DNA of 64,000 nucleotides from Porphyridium purpureum (taxonomy: Eukaryota): contig VRMN01000002.1 in NCBI GenBank assembly GCA_008690995.1, positions 558,001 to 622,000 of the forward strand, given 5' to 3'. A program made the position numbers and the translations under genes. Of this stretch, positions 57,121-64,000 are shown in pieces (position 1 is the stretch's first letter; each line of letters opens with the position of its first letter). A model generated the notes under the pieces. It was not told the DNA's origin, did not search any database, and saw only the letters and a list, made by a program, of their open reading frames with translations.

Positions 57121-57777
57121 TCTCCTCCGCTTTGAAGGGGTGGGTAGCGCAGCAGATTGGAGGCCGCGAATCTCTGGTCAATGGCGGGACCTTCCTTTTC
57201 GTGAGCGCCCACTGTCGCGACGAGTGATCGATCTGACTGTCGCGTCCGAAACAGAAGCGCGCCCTGTACAGTCTCGTATGGGAGGATTCTTTTGTTGTTC
57301 CATCTCAAGCAAGGCGGTTGAAGCGGGAAAGAACATAATCGCTAGAACCGGTGACAAATCTGGATGGCGTCTACTGTGCGCAGGAACATGCTGGCAGATG
57401 GTCTATGGAGGAGACCAGCGTCAGACTTAAAACTGCGCGTGCGGGAATCTGTGCGGATCCGCGACTCGTTCGGGCACTCGTGTGGCTGGCCTTCTTGTGG
57501 GGAAGGACGTTCCTTGCATCGGGGACAATTTCGTATCTGCCAGACACACATCATTGGAGGCGCGCACTGCATCGGCACTAATCAAGCCTTCGTTTCTCGC
57601 GCGGGCCGTACGGACGTCCTGCCGCCGCACCGCGCTCAATCACTGAACCTCATGCGGCAGAATAACCCTAGCACATTCCGCCACACGAGCTGCCGGTCGC
57701 TGTGCTGGAAGTCGCGGGCTGCCGTGACAAGAAGCGAGAAGCGGCACAGGCGTCGGAGACCGCGTGGGAAGACCGTC

Positions 57778-58629
57778 ATGGGTGGAAGTGTGGAGCAGAT
57801 CAGCGCCTCGAAATGCTTCGAGTGCCAGGTGCTGCGCTTCCAGCACACCTCACCCGCGCTCGGCGGGACGCTTGCCAAATTCCACCTGATTCTTCCGCCG
57901 AAGGCTGAATCGCAAAGCGTGCCTTGCCTGATCTGGCTGAGCGGACTGTCGTGCACCGATGAAAACTTTGTGTTTAAGGCAGCTCCGTATAAGGCAGCAG
58001 CTGAACACGGGGTGGCCATTCTTGTCCCGGACGTATCACCGCGCGGCATTGACGATGAGTTTGGCAGCAGCGCGGGTTTCTATGTCGACGCGACAGTTCC
58101 CGAATACAAAACCAACTACAACATGTATACTTATTGTACGGAAGAGCTGCCGAACCTGATCAAGTCTGAATTCGCAGACTCGGTCGACCTGTCGCGCTGC
58201 TCAATCTTCGGTCACTCAATGGGCGGTCATGGCGCATTAGTCATCGCACTGAAGAACCCATCCAAGTTTCGCAGCGTGAGTGCATTTGCGCCCATATTGA
58301 ATCCTGTGAATTGTCCGTGGGGCGTGAAGTACTTTTCGGGCTTTCTTGGGTCGGATCATGAAGCGTGGAAGGCATACGACGCTACAGAGCTTATCCGCAG
58401 CGCTGGGAAGCTAGTTTTTGCAGCCCCGATTCTAGTTGATCAAGGCGATAAGGATGGCTTTTTGGAGCAAGGCCAGTTATTGCCCTCCAACTTTGAACAT
58501 GCGTGTGCGGAGGCAGGGCAGCCTCTCTTATTGAACTATCGCCCAGGGTATGATCACGGGTATTTCTTTATCAGCACATTCATAGCCGATCACATCGCGC
58601 ACCATGCAAACATTCTCAACAGTGCATAA
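57778..58629 (+). CDS. ESD: S-formylglutathione hydrolase (esterase D)
   Basis: 'WLSGLSCTDENF..KA', 'PDVSPRG', 'AGFYVDAT', GHSMGG nucleophile, 'DQGDKD.FL', 'YDHGYFFI'. Confidence 0.96.
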   Translation: MGGSVEQISASKCFECQVLRFQHTSPALGGTLAKFHLILPPKAESQSVPCLIWLSGLSCTDENFVFKAAPYKAAAEHGVAILVPDVSPRGIDDEFGSSAGFYVDATVPEYKTNYNMYTYCTEELPNLIKSEFADSVDLSRCSIFGHSMGGHGALVIALKNPSKFRSVSAFAPILNPVNCPWGVKYFSGFLGSDHEAWKAYDATELIRSAGKLVFAAPILVDQGDKDGFLEQGQLLPSNFEHACAEAGQPLLLNYRPGYDHGYFFISTFIADHIAHHANILNSA

Positions 58630-58742
58630 CCGAATGCGACGGCTTCGTGCGTCACTGTAGCCAAAAAAAAAAAATTTAAAAATGAATAATGCTCCCACAT
58701 CACAGGTCGGGATCGCGTTCGACACCACTTCAAATCCATAGC

Positions 58743-59325
58743 TTACTTCTGCAGATCCGGGTAGTTTTGCGGGTAGCGACGGCGGCGGATCGGGTTCATT
58801 TCCACCGGTCCAGCAGCCTCACGCGGCCATGCCGGCATCATAGCCAACGTGGCATCATGCCACTCCTTGGTTCCCGTGCGACCGACCTTTCCTGTTGATC
58901 GAGAAAGCGCAACAGAGCATGAGACGCAAAGAATCGATTCGTCCAAAGACAAAGAAAAAAGAGCCACACGAAACGGGGGAAGCAATTACACAATTAGCAC
59001 TGTTCTCTCGAAAAAAAAAAAAAAAAGCGAAGCATAGACATGAACACTCAATCCGCAAGGGAGCGTAGGAGCCGTTGCCGCGGCGAACACCCTGCGCTTG
59101 TCTCCATGCACGCCGGCACGCACGAGCGCGACGTGTCTACTGCAAGAAGCTGCACTTGAAACGAGAAATGCTTAACTTACGATTTGCGCGCTTGTAGAGG
59201 TATATGGCGGTACCAAGACCTACCAAGATGGCGGTTCCGCCCCACACCTGCACGCGTTGGGGCAACTTGTGAATCCTGTCAGGAAACACCTGATAGTCGG
59301 TGCAGCTATTATCGACTCCGACCAT
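58743..59325 (-). CDS. Small spliced single-TM protein, plant-type cytochrome c oxidase subunit 4-like; exons 59325-59181 and 58891-58743 (97 aa)
   Basis: GTAAGT donor at 59180 and CAG acceptor at 58892 join in frame, giving ...VWGGTAILVGLGTAIYLYKRANRKVGRTGTKEWHDATLAMMPAWPREAAGPVEMNPIRR... Confidence 0.75.
58892..59180 (-). other. Spliceosomal intron, 289 nt, phase 1
   Basis: GTAAGT...TGCTAAT (58993-58999)...long U/C-rich tract...CAG. Confidence 0.8.
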
Positions 59326-59798
59326 GGTGCCGTGCGGTACGGGTATACCCTCAAAGACTTTTCCCGGTAATGCGTGCACGACAGTTTATCTCTGCGTGTC
59401 CTGTGTCCCCTCCCGCAGCGTTCCCCAAGCGCGGCACCAAACCTCCACCGACTCACCTTCCCGCCCTTCACCCACCCGCCCCACGCGCTCGAGTGCCAAC
59501 TCGCGTTTTCATGAGGGGAAACGAGCGGAATTTCGAGGCCCGGACAAGGGTATACTGCGGGCCCATTCTGTGGGTAGAAGGGGCATTTTGATAGAGACGC
59601 ACGGGGCCTGGCGTGCACTATGGGAACAGGAAAGCAGTGTGCGTGGGGAGCCTGACTGGAGTTCAGCCGCTCCGAATCGTGGCGTTCCGAAAGCATCCTG
59701 CGCGGCGCGCACAATGCTCGCGCTGCACGGACAGCAGCGGGGGACACTTGCAAAACCGTCAGCAAGGAAGCAAGCAGGAGCGGGAGAGTTTACGAGAA

Positions 59799-61400
59799 TC
59801 ACGCAATGCGATAAGACTTCATCAGACCAGTCAGCGCGCCGGTGGCCCAGCCAGCTACAACCCCGCCGATCCGTTTTCGAATTTCTACCTGCGCCCCGTC
59901 TTCCATGCCAAGCCCCCATCGAAGCAGAGCGTAAATATACGCCAGGTCTTGGCAGAGACTTTCTCCGTCGTCTTCGTAGGCTTCAAGGGCGGCCTCGTGC
60001 GTCATCGCACACACCGCTGCGCCATTTTCGCGAATGCTTTGCAAAGAGATGGAGCCCCCGTCCTCCTTCACAAACCAGTGCAGACGATCATAAATGTACG
60101 CAATAGCGACCACACGAGATACCGAGAAAGGCGGACGATACCCGCCCGCTACTCCGCAGTGCGAAACTCCATGAACTTCGCATACTGAGCCGTCCGTGAC
60201 CGAGTCTGTGTTTTCAGGTACGGCCGCGCTTTGATCCATTGTGCCGGTCGAGTGGCCACTTACCTGCAAGACAAACAATGCCTCACTAACACACTTGTCG
60301 AAGTCGCCCGTGCCAACAGTGCGCACTTCGTGTCCCAAACGGCCTACCTGCAAGGACTTTTCAGCGCTTTTATAAAAGCAAGGGTTCGCCTGCAGTTGCC
60401 CTGATGACTCAAGGTGCTCGTACAATTTCAGCTGGAAGTCATAAAGACCGTATCCGAGGAAGCTGCGAGCATACAAGGGGCCCTTCAGCGGGACGCCGTC
60501 CAAGGTATGCAGATACATGCTTGCGTTCAGCGCAGCGAAATCCTTTGCCTCATCTAACTGTCGTTCATCGACTGAATAGGCCATTTGGACCGATCCACCT
60601 CCTAGGTCAACGAGCGCAGCAAATCGCTCCTTGTCTTCTTTCTCTGACAGCTGATGAGCAAATGTACCAAGCAGAAAGTTCACAGAAAGCCACCCGTACA
60701 GAGCCTCATCCTCACCGCTCATGATGGATACCCAGTCCCTGCGCGCCATGAACTTTGACCATCGAAGTTCGCGATACGCTGCATTCAGAATGTTTTGCGC
60801 GTGCTGGTCTGGCACCAAACGCAAACCTGCGGTTGCACGTAAAAAGATCGGTGTCCAAATAATGTGGTCTTCTGGAACAATCTCCGTGATTAAGTCTAAC
60901 AGAGGCCGAATGATCTTTCTCACCTCGCTGAGATGGTCACCATCCTCTTGAATGGAAGCGCTGAAACCAACGGGGACTTCTGCATAGTAAGCCTTCACCA
61001 TTCGAATCATGTACGTGTCTGGTGGCCCGTACTTCAGGTACTGAATGACGTGCGCGCGTGTACCCGTGCTGCCTGCATCGATCATGACGCCATAAATCGG
61101 CTTGGAGCCGTCATTAGGATTCACCCAACGCATGTCTGCTCGTGTGATGCCTAAGCGCATCGCCAACAGGAAAGTAGCAACAACCCACATGATCAAATAT
61201 GCCGTCTGCACCCATAAGTCGTTCTTGTAAACCGCGCGCCGCGTGTACAAGGTCGGGCGCAAGTGCCGGGATCGGGCAGCGCCCGAGGCCTTGGCCGCAT
61301 CGTCTTTTGCTTCGATCGCATCGACAGTGCCAGGCACACCCTCGGAGACCAAAGACGTCGAGCCCGAGGACCGATGGTGAAGGCCGCTCGAACTTTCCAT
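59799..61400 (-). CDS. GDA1/CD39-family apyrase (NTPDase), type II membrane
   Basis: ACR1 DAGSTG, ACR2 ATAGLR, ACR3 'EDEALYGWLSVN', ACR4 DLGGGS, ACR5 'GWATGA'; N-terminal TM helix. Confidence 0.95.
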   Translation of the reverse strand: MESSSGLHHRSSGSTSLVSEGVPGTVDAIEAKDDAAKASGAARSRHLRPTLYTRRAVYKNDLWVQTAYLIMWVVATFLLAMRLGITRADMRWVNPNDGSKPIYGVMIDAGSTGTRAHVIQYLKYGPPDTYMIRMVKAYYAEVPVGFSASIQEDGDHLSEVRKIIRPLLDLITEIVPEDHIIWTPIFLRATAGLRLVPDQHAQNILNAAYRELRWSKFMARRDWVSIMSGEDEALYGWLSVNFLLGTFAHQLSEKEDKERFAALVDLGGGSVQMAYSVDERQLDEAKDFAALNASMYLHTLDGVPLKGPLYARSFLGYGLYDFQLKLYEHLESSGQLQANPCFYKSAEKSLQVGRLGHEVRTVGTGDFDKCVSEALFVLQVSGHSTGTMDQSAAVPENTDSVTDGSVCEVHGVSHCGVAGGYRPPFSVSRVVAIAYIYDRLHWFVKEDGGSISLQSIRENGAAVCAMTHEAALEAYEDDGESLCQDLAYIYALLRWGLGMEDGAQVEIRKRIGGVVAGWATGALTGLMKSYRIA

Positions 61401-61781
61401 GGCCCCCAACTTGATTCGACAACGAGCACCGTAATCCTGCCGCCCCGATCGCGCCGGTCCTGACGCGAGCGTCCGTCCAGCCCGGAAGACAGCGGACAGC
61501 GAACTGTACTCTGACTGGATGGGAACCAGTAGTTCCAGCGGCACGATCTAGGCACAGATTCGGGCGCCCGTCACTAAGTTCTTTTGTGTGGGCGTGCGTG
61601 ACTGTCGAAATGCTATGCGACGCCCTCTCACCCCCCACATCCGTTCTCGGATCGCGTTCGCACAGCGTTACAGGACAAAATAGAATCAAGAACGATTTAA
61701 TTTTGCTCGCCTCACACGAGCACATAGCACTCGAACGGCCCGCTCTCCACTCTGGCAGACGAGCCCGAGACTATGCTCGAA

Positions 61782-63080
61782 TCAGAAGAGCGTCATCTCG
61801 CGCCTCTGCTCATCGGTCAAGTTCCTAGTTGCCTCCCAGTACTTGCCCGTGTATTCCCACTCAGTGAACGCCTCACTCACGTTTGCGGGCGTAAACCACC
61901 GCGCAGTCGGGTTGTCCTTGTCCAAGCTCTGAGAACGGGTCACGCGAATCTGCTCGATCCTGCTTCGCGCCTCGCTGGCTTCCTTGCTGTGGCCTTCATA
62001 GAGTTTCATGATATCCTTTCGGCGCCGGCTGTCGGTCGGAGGTGCAGATTTTAAGGCTTCGGTGCCGGCTTTGAAAAAGTTTTCGCTGAAGTTTGTATAG
62101 TTCCACTTGCTGTTCGCGTCCACGTGCTCGCCAGCAGTCCATAGACGTGTAACATGCTCCTCGTCACCCGGCTTGCACGAGTCTACGTGCGAATTCCACT
62201 TGCCCACCAGACGTAGCACGTCCTTGCCACTGCCGTCCTTGATGTGGCCAGTCACGTCATACCGTCCAGACTCAAACCAGCCACACTGGCTGAATTCAAG
62301 ATCGACCTCGTAGTCTGACTTGTTGCTTGTAATGAACAATGAGCCGTAGTGATCTACGTAGGACGAACCAACAAACAAGTTACAAACAGAGGTGGTTGGG
62401 AAGCGCCACGTGAGGACTTCGCCAGTGTCCAGAAAGACGATCTTCCGATGCCCTTTGTTGGAAATTTCCACCGAATTTCCATGAAACTTCGCGTTAACCT
62501 GTACATCCTCGGTGAAAGTCCAGCCTTTCCCTTCACAGAAGGCCACACTCAACGGTGGTTCGTCACGAATATGTTCTCCAACGTATCGAAAGCCAAGATC
62601 CTTATCTTCCAGTTCAAACGTTTCGCCAGGAACCGAATCAAAGGGCTTCAGCAAGCGCACACTGTGCGCATAACCTGAAACGATCGCTGCCGACGCGTAT
62701 GCGTAGCGCATCACCGGATCCGTCTGCTCCGCGGCTGTGTTCATGACGTGAGAGAATTCCCACGTCTCGCACATGCGAGAAAGCGTGGTGGACGGCTCGA
62801 AAATAAAAATCGGAAGCGACAGGGACACGCCTGCCTGGTTCATCTCCATCCCCACCATTGAAGCGTACTGCGCAAACGCGGACTTCTTGTACTCTTCCTC
62901 GTTCACCTCTTTCCCCTCGTACACGAGATGGTGGGATTCTCCCGTGGCCTGCCCGGTGGCAAGGGCCTCGCGGACCTTCTCTACGGTCTTGGCATCGTCC
63001 TCCGCCGTCTGGGTTCCCTCAGCGGGCGCCTGCTCGTCCGCGCTGCCGCCGATGCCCAGCCACTGCGACCAGGTCGACAT
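61782..63080 (-). CDS. Oxysterol-binding protein-related (short ORP) with a divergent fingerprint
   Basis: 'LSLPIFIFEPSTTL', 'KPF..VPGETFE', 'VCNLFVG..YVDHYG', 'LVGKWN', 'PPTDSRRRKD'. Confidence 0.9.
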   Translation of the reverse strand: MSTWSQWLGIGGSADEQAPAEGTQTAEDDAKTVEKVREALATGQATGESHHLVYEGKEVNEEEYKKSAFAQYASMVGMEMNQAGVSLSLPIFIFEPSTTLSRMCETWEFSHVMNTAAEQTDPVMRYAYASAAIVSGYAHSVRLLKPFDSVPGETFELEDKDLGFRYVGEHIRDEPPLSVAFCEGKGWTFTEDVQVNAKFHGNSVEISNKGHRKIVFLDTGEVLTWRFPTTSVCNLFVGSSYVDHYGSLFITSNKSDYEVDLEFSQCGWFESGRYDVTGHIKDGSGKDVLRLVGKWNSHVDSCKPGDEEHVTRLWTAGEHVDANSKWNYTNFSENFFKAGTEALKSAPPTDSRRRKDIMKLYEGHSKEASEARSRIEQIRVTRSQSLDKDNPTARWFTPANVSEAFTEWEYTGKYWEATRNLTDEQRREMTLF

Positions 63081-63562
63081 TGTGCGTTTGCTGCTGAGCT
63101 GTGCGCGTAGCCAAAACGCCGCGGCAGACGGTGCGTGCTGCGCGTATCCCCAGCTCGAGCGCCCCTGTCTCGCCGCTCCTGCCGCGCCTGTGCTGCACCG
63201 CTGTTGCACCACGCACGCGTTACGCGCAGCATTCATATCAGAAACTGGCGCTTCTGCGCGATTCGGCTCCGCTCGCACCGCGCGCCGATTCAAATTCGCG
63301 TGAGAGCAAAGCATAGCTGTACACCACTGTACACCGTTTCTGTGCGGCACGTGACGCGTGCGGAGCGCCAAGTGGCCAGAGCGGAGGCGAGAGGGCCAGC
63401 GGATTGACCCACGGCGCGCGTGGCGTCGCACACAAGCGTTTCCGCGCTCATGCGCCTGGAGCGCACAAGCAACCGGGAGAACTGCGCGGGCCTGCTGTCT
63501 GTGCACCAAAGGAATTCCGCGGAGCAACTCTTGTGTGCCCTCGCGGCTCCGCGCGCATTGTC

Positions 63563-64000
63563 ATGGATGCGTCCAACCGGAGTCTTGCTTATGCCCGACT
63601 GCAGGGTATCGGTAAGGGCTCGACCGACTACTACGTGCGCACTCTGAGTGATGTCACGTTGGGGCGTCAGCGGAAGAAAAGAACACCCGAGCCGCCGGCG
63701 CCCGACGCAGCCTGTGAGAACGAGCCTGAGCTGGGCGTTCCGCCCGCGTCTGAAGACTTTTGCGAGTTGCGAGGGGCAAACAAATCGGTCTCGTCGAAGC
63801 ACGCTATGCTGTACTGGAGCGCCGAGCACAAGTGCTGGATGATCCAATGCATCGCCGAAAAGGGGTTCATGTGCGTGGACGGCTTGTTGCTCAGGAACGG
63901 CATGCACGCCGTTCCTCTGAAATCCAAAAGCTTTCTTGAAATCGGCGGGGACGGCTTTTTCTTTCTCACTGCTTCACCTCCCTTCATCTACACGGCAGAC
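63563..64000 (+). CDS. FHA-domain protein (FHA2/Fhl1/FoxK-type), runs off the window
   Basis: Manual translation: MDASNRSLAYARLQG..TDYYVRTLSDVTLGR...KSVSSKHAMLYW...VDG...PLKSKSFLEIGGDGFFFL, with no stop before 64000. Confidence 0.85.
   Translation, partial: MDASNRSLAYARLQGIGKGSTDYYVRTLSDVTLGRQRKKRTPEPPAPDAACENEPELGVPPASEDFCELRGANKSVSSKHAMLYWSAEHKCWMIQCIAEKGFMCVDGLLLRNGMHAVPLKSKSFLEIGGDGFFFLTASPPFIYTAD

Overview
Compact, intron-poor, GC-rich eukaryotic nuclear DNA. It is most consistent with a unicellular red alga (Porphyridium-like); this is inferred from gene density, rare GT-AG introns, plastid-type transit peptides and a plant-type COX subunit. About 24 host genes are present: RRP46, two RING proteins, GCV-H, a CDC48-family AAA ATPase, mitoferrin, a DYRK kinase, THIC, DUF2358, RecQ, DGK, NAGS, GT8, MED17-like, a spliced GH35 beta-galactosidase, S-formylglutathione hydrolase, an apyrase, an OSBP-related protein, an FHA protein and several unknowns. 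A ~14 kb AT-richer transposon island (~21.3-35.4 kb) interrupts them. It holds an intact, very young Ty1/copia element (23580-28551) with TG...TA LTRs, a GATCA TSD and a half-tRNAiMet PBS that contains the start codon, next to a decayed Ty3/gypsy pol and a dead DD34E Tc1 element. Signals not in the ORF track include a spliced COX4-like gene, a 37-aa MGxCxS microprotein and clustered (C/G)TGTAC motifs upstream of many genes and in the LTR. Catalytic or ligand motifs are also degenerate in the OSBP and AAA proteins. All family calls are by motif recognition only; no database searches were run.
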